Part shown: positions 23,823-35,675 of the stretch, in pieces
How the letters are laid out: every line of letters begins with the position of its first letter
Numbering within the stretch: the first letter of the stretch is position 1
The notes under the pieces: generated by a model
Database searches by the model: none
Seen by the model: the letters and a program-made list of their open reading frames with translations, nothing else
Told to the model about the DNA's origin: nothing
Position numbers and translations under genes: made by a program
Source of the DNA: Eledone cirrhosa
Lineage: Eukaryota
NCBI GenBank assembly: GCA_964016885.1
Contig: CAXHJY010001085.1
Span: 1-35,675 of the forward strand
DNA: 35,675 nucleotides
Direction: 5' to 3'

Positions 23823-26800
23823 TTAGGTAAGGCGGGTCTTCTCTGTTACTGAGTACCGCCAAAGGTCTCGGTCCAGTGACATTGTCTTGGAGAGGTGTAA
23901 GTGTGTGATGTCGGAGTTTATCAGCTCGTCCCAGGTTTTTCTAGGTCTGCCTATTCTGTGACTACCGTCTATCTTTATTGCCCTGCACTTTGTTATACAG
24001 CTATCGACTTTCATGCGCATCACGTGTCCATACCAACGTAGCCTTCTCTCGAGTAAACAACATCTGATCCCTCTTATCTCTAATTTTTTCCTTAGTTCGT
24101 TTATGCTTTGCCGTTCACGTATATTACTGTTACACATCCAGCGGAGCATGCAAGCTTCGTTCCTCTCTAGTCTGCGTATATCCTCTGCACACAATGCCCA
24201 GGTCTCACTGCCATGCAGCATTGCTGTTCGTATGCAGGCATCGTACAACCTGCCTTTCATTTTTAGTGAGAACCCTTTAGCAGCTAATAGTGGTATAAGC
24301 TCTCTGAACTTTTTCCAACCAGTTCTGACTCTAGCTACAGTACTTTCTGAGCACCCTCCCCCACTGCTGATTTTATCGCCCAGGTAACGGAAGCTGTCCA
24401 CTATTTCTATAGAACCCTCTGCGCAATTGAAAGAGCTAGTAGTTTGTGGGCACTTGCTGCTACTTATTGCACCAGAGCACCGGCCACATGTAAAATCTAT
24501 GTTCTTAGTTAGCTTACCTGTGATCCCACTACATCTTTTATGCACCCATACTTTGCATTTAGGACATAAAATGGAGTTTCTACCTACGCCTTTCCTACAC
24601 ACCGAGCACGACCATTTCCCAGAAGGGACCGCCGCCTTGTTTTCTTTCCTACAAACTAGTACTTTGGTCTTAGCCAGGTTAATTTTAAGTCCTTTTGACT
24701 CTAGGCCGTGCTTCCATGTTTGGAATTTCTTCTCTAGCTCGGCCATTGATTCCGCTATGAGTGTCAGGTCGTCTGCGTATAGGAGTTCCCATGGGCAGCC
24801 TGTCTTGAACTCCTCTGTTATAGCCTGAAGGGCAATAATAAATAGTAGTGGACTGAGAACAGAGCCCTGATGGACGCCAACTTTTACGCTAAACTCTTCA
24901 CTATATTCGTTGTTAATTCTAACCTTGCTGACTGTTTCTTTATACATGGCTTGTATAGCCCTCACAAGCCATTCGTCAACGCCTAGTTTTCTAAGAGCCC
25001 ACCAGATAATGGAGCGGGGGACTCTGTCGAAGGCTTTCTCCAAGTCGACAAAAGCTAAGTAGAGGGGTTTACCTTTAGCTAGGTACTTCTCCTGTAGTTG
25101 TCGTACTATGAAAAGAGCGTCTGTGGTACTTTTGCCTGACACAAACCCGAACTGCATTTCATCTAGGTCAATTCTCTCTCTGATTAGTTGCGCTATTACT
25201 TTTTCCGTGACCTTCATGACCTGGTCGATTAATTTAATGCCTCTATAGTTACTCCTATCTAGGGCGTCTCCTTTACCCTTATAACAGTTAACGATGATGC
25301 TGCTATGCCAGTCCTTCGGAACAACCCCATTCTGTACGACTTGGTTAACTATGCGGGTAACCATGGTGTGTCCCACCGTGCCAGATGCCTTCAGCATCTC
25401 AGCAACTATTTCCGAAGGCCCAGCCGCCTTACCAGTCTTCATATCCTTGATTGCCTTACTTATTATACTCCCCTCGACTAACACTGCTGGTCCCTCTATT
25501 GGGTCGATATAGGGGAGACTGCCTTTCTCCCAATTATTCTCCTCATTTAGTAGCCTTTCATAGTGACACTTCCAAGCTACCTTCTTATCAGCGTCGGTGA
25601 TGGCAAGTGTGCCATCGTCGTTTAGTACACACTTCTCCCCGACAATATCACGGTTTTCCTTGACGCATTGCCTAGCAATCCTGAACACCTCACGTTTTTG
25701 GTCATCGCGTTGTAGAACATGCTTGAACTTTCTTTCCTCAGCTTCCCTTCTTGCTAAGTACACTTGTCTCCTAGCTTCCCTCCTGGCCACTTGATAGTCC
25801 TCTCTACTTCCCCCATCCCGCCATACTTTCCAAGCCTGCTTTTTGGCCTTAATTGACCCCTCCACCTTACTGTTCCACCACCATGTTACTCTCCTCCTGC
25901 CTACAGGCCTGCTCCAGCCACAGACTTCGTCTGTCGCCAACAGCAGGTTTGCTTTCAGAAATTCCCACTCTCCCTCTATATTGTCCGACTCTAAATGTTC
26001 TTCCTTACTGTCGAAAGCATCAAGTAATATGCTTTGAAATTTATTCCTGGCTGTGGGGTCCTTTAGCTTCCATATTTTCCTCCTGAGGATAGTCCTCTTC
26101 TGTTGTCGAGTACGTCTCGTCCTGACTATGAGGTCGCTAATTATCAGTCTATGTTGGGAGGTGCATTCTTCATGGGGGAGGGATTTAGTGTTTACAACAG
26201 ACACTCTGTCACGTCTTCTGGTAAGGATATAATCTACCTGGCTTGTGTGTTCCCCGGATCTATAGGTGATCAGGTGATTGTCACGTTTTTTGAAGTTAGT
26301 GTTACAGATAGTTAGGTTATTTGCATCACAGAATTCCAGGATTCTGGAGCCTTCCTCATTTCTAGTACCAAACCCATAACCTCCATGGATTTCTTCGTAG
26401 CCGTCACAATGTTGTCCAACGTGACCATTTAGGTCGCCTGCGATAATTATATAGTCACTGTCGGATATTTGGGAGGTAGTTAGCATCAGTGTCTCATAGA
26501 ATCTGTCTTTTATAGTGTCGGGCAGTCCGGATTGGGGTGCGTACGCAGATATTACTGTCACCGTAGTTCTATTGAGGACAAGTCGTATTTTAATTATTCT
26601 GTCGTTCACTCTATTTACGTCTATTATCTTATCTGCCCACTTTTCTGCTACCATGATTCCTACTCCACCCAGCCCATCGTCGTTTCCCACCCAGAAAAGC
26701 TTATAACATCGTTTTTTACCCTCAATGAACCTAGCAGACCCACCCCTCCACCTGGTCTCTTGAATACAACAAACATCGACCTCCTTACGTTCAAGCATTT

Positions 26801-27263
26801 CTACAACCTCGTTAGCGCGACCCTTTAGGGTGCCTACATTTATGGTACCAACTCTGAGGTTTTGGATTGCGTTTGGGGGTTGGGGGCGGTGAGGGGCGGG
26901 GGGCGATGGGGTTATGTTAGCCGTCCGCGGTCGAAACAATGAGGAGTGCTCGCATTCTCGTCCAAGAGGTGAATTTGTCTTTATCTTTGGCATTGTCGCT
27001 GAGCGTCCAGATTTTTCTCTCTCACCTCCACTCTCCAGGATTCCGCAGTCCATCCATCCATCATATATCGTATATCGAAAGGCAACCAGGCAAGCGATAG
27101 TATAGGCCTCTGGTTTCTGATTGGTCCGCGTAATAATACTGGTGATGCGTGGGGGCTCTGTTTTATGATTGGTCCACGTAATAGCAATGGTGGTGCGTGG
27201 GGGTGGGAGGGAGGGGTGTTGGGTAGCTAGCAAGAAGGTAATGATTGAGTGGGGTCCATGCAT
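23823..27263 (-). CDS. RTE ORF: APE endonuclease, reverse transcriptase and embedded PHD-type finger (likely start ATG at 26993)
   Basis: [38 protein letters not shown] (APE); [31 protein letters not shown] (RT); no stops over 1146 codons. The start choice is inference from where family C begins. Confidence 0.95.
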   Translation of the reverse strand: MHGPHSIITFLLATQHPSLPPPRTTIAITWTNHKTEPPRITSIITRTNQKPEAYTIACLVAFRYTIYDGWMDCGILESGGEREKSGRSATMPKIKTNSPLGRECEHSSLFRPRTANITPSPPAPHRPQPPNAIQNLRVGTINVGTLKGRANEVVEMLERKEVDVCCIQETRWRGGSARFIEGKKRCYKLFWVGNDDGLGGVGIMVAEKWADKIIDVNRVNDRIIKIRLVLNRTTVTVISAYAPQSGLPDTIKDRFYETLMLTTSQISDSDYIIIAGDLNGHVGQHCDGYEEIHGGYGFGTRNEEGSRILEFCDANNLTICNTNFKKRDNHLITYRSGEHTSQVDYILTRRRDRVSVVNTKSLPHEECTSQHRLIISDLIVRTRRTRQQKRTILRRKIWKLKDPTARNKFQSILLDAFDSKEEHLESDNIEGEWEFLKANLLLATDEVCGWSRPVGRRRVTWWWNSKVEGSIKAKKQAWKVWRDGGSREDYQVARREARRQVYLARREAEERKFKHVLQRDDQKREVFRIARQCVKENRDIVGEKCVLNDDGTLAITDADKKVAWKCHYERLLNEENNWEKGSLPYIDPIEGPAVLVEGSIISKAIKDMKTGKAAGPSEIVAEMLKASGTVGHTMVTRIVNQVVQNGVVPKDWHSSIIVNCYKGKGDALDRSNYRGIKLIDQVMKVTEKVIAQLIRERIDLDEMQFGFVSGKSTTDALFIVRQLQEKYLAKGKPLYLAFVDLEKAFDRVPRSIIWWALRKLGVDEWLVRAIQAMYKETVSKVRINNEYSEEFSVKVGVHQGSVLSPLLFIIALQAITEEFKTGCPWELLYADDLTLIAESMAELEKKFQTWKHGLESKGLKINLAKTKVLVCRKENKAAVPSGKWSCSVCRKGVGRNSILCPKCKVWVHKRCSGITGKLTKNIDFTCGRCSGAISSSKCPQTTSSFNCAEGSIEIVDSFRYLGDKISSGGGCSESTVARVRTGWKKFRELIPLLAAKGFSLKMKGRLYDACIRTAMLHGSETWALCAEDIRRLERNEACMLRWMCNSNIRERQSINELRKKLEIRGIRCCLLERRLRWYGHVMRMKVDSCITKCRAIKIDGSHRIGRPRKTWDELINSDITHLHLSKTMSLDRDLWRYSVTEKTRLT
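27118..27203 (-). promoter_or_regulatory. Two 38-bp direct repeats each ending in CCAATCA; candidate internal promoter
   Basis: ccccacgcaccaccattgctattacgtggaccaatca and ccccacgcatcaccagtattattacgcggaccaatca, 48 bp apart, in the RTE leader. Confidence 0.45.
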
Positions 27264-27294
27264 TTAACAAGCGATTAACAAAAATACAAAATTT

Positions 27295-29110
<1,816 letters not shown>

Positions 29111-29934
29111 TAGAGGGAGCTTATAGATAGGACAACACACGCTGTCTCTTCGTGGGGTAAGTTTTTAATTAATTTTTGTATTCTGAAACATCAAAATACA
29201 ACAATTTGTTGGTTACTGGTCTCGGGAATGTCACGACAGAAGTTTGTGGAAGTTACACAAATATTTTAGTATATTTTAGCAGAGCAATCCTTATTTATAT
29301 TTTACATTTACTTACATCTCAATATAACATGGCTAGAATTCAAATTTTGCTAAGAGAAGAAAACGGTCAAATGAACTAGATACATCTCACTGTCCACACC
29401 ACCACAATAACGTCTACACTCTCTCCCCACCATCACATGTCATTACCATACCATACCCTATCGAGACTAAAGTCATCGACCTGTTGTCAAACTCTCTACT
29501 CTCTGATGAATGTATATATATATATGTGTGTGTATGTATATGTGTGTATATACATCACTCAGTCAAACAACCAGATTTCAACCCCAACATCTACAACAAC
29601 AACAACACCGGCCCTAATGTTTACAGCAACAACAGCTTCAGAATGAACTGAAATGAACATTTACAACAATTACAACAACAACAACAACAGCGGCATCAAA
29701 ACATAAAAAAAGGAAGGGGAAAGAAAAAAGAAAAGGGAAGGGGAAAAAAAAAAAAAAAGGAGAAAAAAAAGAAAGGAAAAAAAAAAAAAAAACTCAAAAT
29801 AACAAAACACACACACACACACACACACACACAACAGAACAACAACATCAACTGCCACCACCACCACCACCGCCACCGCCGTCGCCATCACCATCACCAG
29901 CGACCTGGCCTTAAGAACAACTTTAATAATAATT

Positions 29935-30005
29935 TTTCTGCTTTTGGCACGGATCCAGCGACTGGCCAGCGCATCACTGGTACTCTCTTTTGTTGACTCC
30001 GTGGA
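29935..30005 (-). mobile_element. Degenerate 3' fragment of the same SINE family as 30128-30317
   Basis: tttctgcttttggcac...ccagcgcatcactggtact matches 30130-30179. Confidence 0.6.
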
Positions 30006-30127
30006 GAGCCATAACTCTATGCTGTAAAGCAATTATAGTAATACTGGACTGTAATACGATCGGCTTCAACTATACAAACTCTTGAAAGTCAACAGTTGAC
30101 ATAATCTGGTAATCTTGTATCAGTAAT

Positions 30128-30317
30128 TGTTTCTGCTTTTGGCACAAGGCCAGCAATTACCCAGTGCATTACTGGTACTTTATTTTATCGACCCCGTAAG
30201 GATGAAAGGCAAAGTTAACCTCGGCGGGATTTGAACTCAGAATGGCAAGGGCCGTAACTCTATACGTCAAGGCATGGCGTCCGACCCTCTACCGATACTG
30301 CCAATCCACCGCCCTTA
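30128..30317 (-). mobile_element. tRNA-derived SINE (octopus OK-like) with 18-bp target-site duplication
   Basis: A-box-like tggcagtatcgg and B box gagttcaaatcc (30227-30238); central gcctttcatccttacggggtcgataaa; perfect TSD taatcttgtatcagtaat at 30110-30127 and 30318-30335. Family name is from memory. Confidence 0.88.
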
Positions 30318-30853
30318 TAATCTTGTATCAGTAATGACGGTAATATATATATATATATGTGTGTGTGTGCGTGTAAGTGAGTAGAGTAGCGTGTGTGTGT
30401 GTTTGTTGTGTGTGTGAGTGTTGCTGTGTGCACGCATATGTATGCGTGTGTGTGTATGTCGTACGTATAAGTGTCAATAAGTAATTTTTTTTTTTTTTTT
30501 TTTTTTTTTTGCGCGGGGACATAGAAATAATCGGGCTGGATGCCCGATCGCGCAGTTAAACCACTGGGAGTGAAGAACCCCTAGCCCATGTCAGGGTATT
30601 CTTCTAGGAGAAGGCATCTCAGGAAACTGGGTTAACTCCGATATAAAACCTGCGGCTCAGTAGTTACCGATGATGTTGATCTTTTCTTCTTTTCGGGTTA
30701 TAGCTACTGTCGCTCAGAGAGTGGGATTGGTTCAGTGCACAGTCTTTCCTCACTTTAAAAATATTCGTCACGCACAGGCATTGCACGAGTGCATTAATAA
30801 TTATTAATAGTGTAGTATTATTATTATTATTATTATTGTTATTACTATTATTA

Positions 30854-30887
<34 letters not shown>

Positions 30888-30896
30888 CCCAATTCA

Positions 30897-33800
30897 ATGA
30901 TGTTCCAGAACAATGTAAACGAGATAATTGCCAATTTGGGTTCTGGAACAAAAAAGATCATTGGCAATAAGGGCAGGGGCCCCAAGTTATCACAACCTGG
31001 GCCCGCCCGTCATCGTGCCATTGTAATAGAGCCAAACAGGGCATTTAGTCTTGGCTGCTGGAACGTACGGACGCTGCTTGACAGGGATTCTTTGGAGCGT
31101 CCTGAACGAAGGACCGCTCTTGTTGCGAAGGAGCTTCGACGTTACGATCTTGACATCGTGGCTTTGTCTGAGACGAGGTTAGCTGGAGATGGTCATCTTA
31201 CGGAATTTTGTGGAGAATATACATTCTTCTGGAAAGGAAGAGATGAAGGAACCAGAAGAGAGGCTGGGGTGGGATTTGCTGTTAAGACTGTACTGGTGAA
31301 TAAATTGGAAGAATTCCCAGTGGGGATTAGTGAGCGTCTTATGTCCATGAGAGTTCCGCTGGACAAGGGAAGATATGCTACCCTGGTGAGTGTGTATGCT
31401 CCAACTATGAATTCTGTCGATGAAGAAAAACTGTCCTTTTACCATGCCTTGAAAGGTGTTTTAAGAAATATCCCTCAGGCAGACAAAGTCATCGTGCTTG
31501 GTGACTTTAATGCTAGAGTGGGTAGGGATTTTAACACATGGAATGTAATCGAAGGCATGGGGTGGGAAAGTGTAACAGCAATGGTATGCTCTTGCTGCAG
31601 ATGTGTGAGGAGCTGGATCTGTGTGTTTACCAACACCATGTTCCAACAAAAGAACAAATTCAAGACCACATGGATGCATCCTGCATCTAAGGAATGGCAT
31701 CTTTTGGACTACGTCCTAGTCAGGATGCGTGACAGACAGGATGTGCGGTGTGTTCGTGTTCTTCGTGGAGCTGAGTGCTGGACGGACCACCGCCTGGTAC
31801 GCGCAAAAGTGAATCTAATCACCAAACGTAAAATCCGGGCTCCTGGTGTTACCCTGCCCAAAAGATTGAATGCTGCTCGTCTTAAGGATAAAAATGTGAA
31901 GAGGACATTGGAAGAAGAGATGCAGGCTGCAGATCTTGGTGAGGATTGGCCGACCCTTAAAAAGTCGGTTTATGATGTAGGCAGACGTGTTCTGGGATTG
32001 GTGCAGAGAAAACATCAGGACTGGTTTAATGAGAAAGATGTGCATATAGATGACTTGTTGGCTGATAAGAGGCGCGCTCTGTCACGCTACTTGACGGCAA
32101 GACCACAGGAGAGGAATACGTTGCATGAGGAGCTCAGGGATGTAAAATCACGTGTTAGGCGGAGTCTTTCTCAGATGAAGGATCAGTGGTGGAGTGAGAA
32201 GGCTGGTGAGATACAAACTGCGTCTGATTGCAATAACACAAAGCTGTTGTACAGTCTCTTGCGTGAGGTTTATGGACCGTCTTCTTCTCTGGTGACACCG
32301 ATTCGCAGCAAGGATGGCAAAGAACTTCTTCGTGACTCACAGGGAATTCTACGAAGGTGGCGGGAGCACTTTGATGATCTTTTGAATCAGCCGTCTGTCG
32401 TCAGTGAAGATTTCCTCAATCTCATTCCGGAAAGTCCTGTGAAAGTAGCTCTCGCAGAGCCTCCGACACTTGTGGAGGTTGCAGTGGCTATTTCGAAGCT
32501 GAACAGTGGAAGATCTCCAGGTATGGATGGCATACATGCTGAGCTCCTACAATATGGTGGTGAGAGACTCCTGCAACATCTTCACTCTCTGTTTGGAGGG
32601 ATATGGGCTAATGAATCCGTGCCTGAGGACTGGAGAGATGCAGTAATGGTGGTCTTGTACAAGGGAAAGGGTAACAGGAATGATTGTGGGAACTACAGAG
32701 GTATATCATTGCTTTCTGTCGTGGGGAAAGTTTTATGTAGGGTGCTTCTGGACCGTCTGCTGACACACATTGCAGATTGTGTCCTTCCTGAAAGTCAATC
32801 TGGTTTTCGTGTTGGACGCGGCACTACTGATATGATCTTCTCAGCTAGACAGCTCCAGGAGAAGTGCATTGAACAGGGCTTGGATCTGTATCAGGTTTTT
32901 GTCGATCTGACAAAGGCTTTCGATACTGTCAACAGAGATGCATTATGGAAGGTTCTCCAGAAACTTGGTTGCCCTGATAAGTTCCTTGCTTTAGTTAGGT
33001 CTTTCCATGACGACATGAAGGCTTGGGTTAATGTCGGAGGTAACATGTCGGAGCCTATCTCAGTAAAAAATGGAGTGAAACAGGGGGATATTCCAGCACC
33101 GACCCTGTTTGCCATATACTTTGCAATGGTTTTCTGTATTGCATTCAGGAATTGCGAGCATGGTGTTTACATCCGATATCGAACCTCAGGCAGCATATTT
33201 AACATCAGGCGCTTTGCTGCGAAGACAAAAGTATTTACATCAGTCATAAGAGACCTCTTGTATGCAGATGATTGCGATCTTGTAGCGCACACAGAGAGTG
33301 ATATGCAGCACATTTTGAATGTATTTTCTGACGCTTGCACTGCCCTGGGTTTGACTGTCAGTCTCAAGAAAACCGTCGTCATGTACCAACCTGCACCTGG
33401 TAGGCAGTACACTGAACCAAACATCTATGTGTATGGCAGACGACTTGGAGTGGTTGATCAGTTTGTCTACCTGGGAAGCACTGTCAATCGATACGGCAAC
33501 CTTGACAGTGAAATCTCACTTAGGATTAGGAAAGCAAGTGATGCTTTCGGAAAGCTAGAAAGGCGACTCTGGGGTCGGCGAGACATATGCAGGAGGACAA
33601 AGGTAAAGGTGTACAGGGCATGTGTACTCTCTTGTCTTCTTTATGCCTGCGAGACCTGGGTCACATATCGACGCCACCTTAAGCAATTGGAGCGTTTCCA
33701 TCAGATGTGTCTCAGACGGATACATGGCGTTCGCTGGAGGGACCACATCAGTGATGTCGAGATTTTGGAAAGCTCTATGTGTGACAGTATAGAAGCTCTT

Positions 33801-34442
33801 GTGCTTAAGCAGCGACTCCGTTGGAGTGGTCACCTTGCCAGGATGAAGGATTCTAGAATACCAAAACAACTCTTCTATGGAGAGTTGGTTAAAGGAAAAC
33901 GACCGCCACATAAACCAAAAAAGAGGTATAAGGATTCCTTGAAGGCCTCTCTGAAAGACGCTAACATCTCTGCTGATACATGGGAAAATATTGCTGCTGA
34001 TCGTAATAAATGGAGAAAGACTGTATATGAGGGAAAAGTTGCCTTTGAGGCATCTCGAATCGCACACGAGAAAGTAAAGCGGGACGTGAGGAAGGGTATT
34101 GCTGTTGCACTTCCAGACGGCGAGGGTCCTCCTATGTTTCTGACATGCAGCGTCTGTGCGAGACTCTGCCTAAGCAAAGCTGGACTCGAAAGTCATCTTC
34201 GCAGTCATAAAGTAAGACCAGTGGTTGACTACCAGGCTGCTGTTGGAGATGCTACTCATCATGCTTGCCAAACATGTGGTAGAGAATGTAAATCAGCAGG
34301 AGGACTCAAGCGACATGCAAAAGTACACGAACTCCAACCACAGCCGACTATTCCCAGTAAATGTTTTGGTTGCCGACTCTGTGCAAGACATTTTGGATCA
34401 TTGGCTGGGCTAAAAAGCCACATTCGATCGCAGCACTGTTAG
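30897..34442 (+). CDS. RTE ORF: APE, RT and three C-terminal C2H2 zinc fingers
   Basis: GCWNVRTL, ALSETR, SVYAPT, GDFNARVG, LDYV, TDHRLV; QSGFR, DLTKAFD, GVKQGD, LYADD, FVYLGS; three CxxC-x12-H-x3/4-H units; compensated double frameshift at ~31551-31628. Confidence 0.93.
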   Translation: MMFQNNVNEIIANLGSGTKKIIGNKGRGPKLSQPGPARHRAIVIEPNRAFSLGCWNVRTLLDRDSLERPERRTALVAKELRRYDLDIVALSETRLAGDGHLTEFCGEYTFFWKGRDEGTRREAGVGFAVKTVLVNKLEEFPVGISERLMSMRVPLDKGRYATLVSVYAPTMNSVDEEKLSFYHALKGVLRNIPQADKVIVLGDFNARVGRDFNTWNVIEGMGWESVTAMVCSCCRCVRSWICVFTNTMFQQKNKFKTTWMHPASKEWHLLDYVLVRMRDRQDVRCVRVLRGAECWTDHRLVRAKVNLITKRKIRAPGVTLPKRLNAARLKDKNVKRTLEEEMQAADLGEDWPTLKKSVYDVGRRVLGLVQRKHQDWFNEKDVHIDDLLADKRRALSRYLTARPQERNTLHEELRDVKSRVRRSLSQMKDQWWSEKAGEIQTASDCNNTKLLYSLLREVYGPSSSLVTPIRSKDGKELLRDSQGILRRWREHFDDLLNQPSVVSEDFLNLIPESPVKVALAEPPTLVEVAVAISKLNSGRSPGMDGIHAELLQYGGERLLQHLHSLFGGIWANESVPEDWRDAVMVVLYKGKGNRNDCGNYRGISLLSVVGKVLCRVLLDRLLTHIADCVLPESQSGFRVGRGTTDMIFSARQLQEKCIEQGLDLYQVFVDLTKAFDTVNRDALWKVLQKLGCPDKFLALVRSFHDDMKAWVNVGGNMSEPISVKNGVKQGDIPAPTLFAIYFAMVFCIAFRNCEHGVYIRYRTSGSIFNIRRFAAKTKVFTSVIRDLLYADDCDLVAHTESDMQHILNVFSDACTALGLTVSLKKTVVMYQPAPGRQYTEPNIYVYGRRLGVVDQFVYLGSTVNRYGNLDSEISLRIRKASDAFGKLERRLWGRRDICRRTKVKVYRACVLSCLLYACETWVTYRRHLKQLERFHQMCLRRIHGVRWRDHISDVEILESSMCDSIEALVLKQRLRWSGHLARMKDSRIPKQLFYGELVKGKRPPHKPKKRYKDSLKASLKDANISADTWENIAADRNKWRKTVYEGKVAFEASRIAHEKVKRDVRKGIAVALPDGEGPPMFLTCSVCARLCLSKAGLESHLRSHKVRPVVDYQAAVGDATHHACQTCGRECKSAGGLKRHAKVHELQPQPTIPSKCFGCRLCARHFGSLAGLKSHIRSQHC

Positions 34443-34451
34443 TTGCTATCG

Positions 34452-34720
<269 letters not shown>

Positions 34721-34760
34721 TGTGCAATGGCCATACTCGATAACGAGGGGGCAGCCATCA

Positions 34761-34885
34761 TATATAAATGTATATATATATATATATATAAATGTATATA
34801 TATATATATATATATAAATGTATATATATATATATATATATAAATGTATATATATATATATATATATAAATGTATATATATATAT
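34761..34885. repeat. (TA)n microsatellite punctuated by AATG
   Basis: Direct reading. Confidence 0.95.
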
Positions 34886-34910
34886 AGTATATAGTACATG
34901 AAACACTAAT

Positions 34911-35021
34911 ACACACACCCAGCACACACTCACACACACTCTCACACACACTCACCCACACACACACACTCACACACACACACACACCCACACACACACA
35001 CACCACACACACACACACACC

Positions 35022-35082
<61 letters not shown>

Positions 35083-35204
35083 CCATACACACACACACAC
35101 ACTCACTCACACACACACACCCATACACACACACACACACACACACACCCATACACACACACACACACACACACGACCACACACACACATACACACACAC
35201 ACGA

Positions 35205-35260
<56 letters not shown>

Positions 35261-35279
35261 CACACACACACACACCACA

Positions 35280-35331
<52 letters not shown>

Positions 35332-35443
35332 ATACACACACACACACTACACACACACCAATACACACACACACACACTACACACACACACCATACACAC
35401 ACACACACACACACACACCCAAACACACACTCACACACACACA

Positions 35444-35480
<37 letters not shown>

Positions 35481-35484
35481 CACA

Positions 35485-35518
<34 letters not shown>

Positions 35519-35531
35519 ACACACACACACC

Positions 35532-35565
<34 letters not shown>

Positions 35566-35675
35566 ACACACACCACATACACACACACACACCACACACC
35601 CACACACACACCCACACACACACCACCCATACACACACACGACACACACACACCCACACACACACCACACACACA
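34911..35675. repeat. Imperfect (CA)n microsatellite
   Basis: Direct reading. Confidence 0.97.

Larger units (their letters stand above)
23418..27295 (-). mobile_element. RTE LINE family A, apparently full-length and intact
   Basis: ~300-nt leader, single uninterrupted APE-RT ORF, ~380-nt 3' UTR, (GAT)n tail; (TA)n tracts on both sides. Confidence 0.95.

Noticed and set aside
26994-27263. 90-aa N-terminal extension of the RTE-A ORF
   Set aside because: It overlaps the CCAAT repeats and has no counterpart in family C; more likely 5' UTR that happens to be open, though not excluded.
29111-29930. Possible host exon or gene
   Set aside because: Low-complexity sequence with only short ORFs and no convincing coding or splice pattern.
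30220-30313. tRNA gene
   Set aside because: A and B boxes are present but no cloverleaf is evident; the body, tail and TSD indicate a SINE.

Overview
Gene-free, repeat-saturated animal DNA; a tRNA-derived SINE and the LINE 3' tails resemble, from memory, octopod cephalopod repeats (inference). No host gene is visible. The window is a nest of retroelements sitting almost always inside (TA)n microsatellite tracts. (i) At least five RTE-clade LINE types occur. One apparently intact copy (23418-27295, -) carries a C4HC3 PHD-type finger inserted inside the C-terminal part of the RT. A second near-intact copy (30511-34760, +) ends in three tandem C2H2 fingers. (ii) A 5'-truncated Penelope-like element (GIY-YIG, Naiad-like Cys motif) has ~1.45-kb inverted pseudo-LTRs, each carrying a minimal hammerhead ribozyme. 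Two smaller asymmetric inverted-repeat elements and several tiny terminal fragments look like further Penelope-type ends, some with variant hammerhead cores. (iii) There are two CR1/L2-group LINEs, one with a 5' inversion. (iv) There is an internally deleted mariner, an old foldback repeat and a SINE with an 18-bp TSD. All long Y/I-, V/C- and H/T-rich ORFs in the track are microsatellite artefacts. Family labels A-F are my own; boundaries were read by eye and may be a few bases off.
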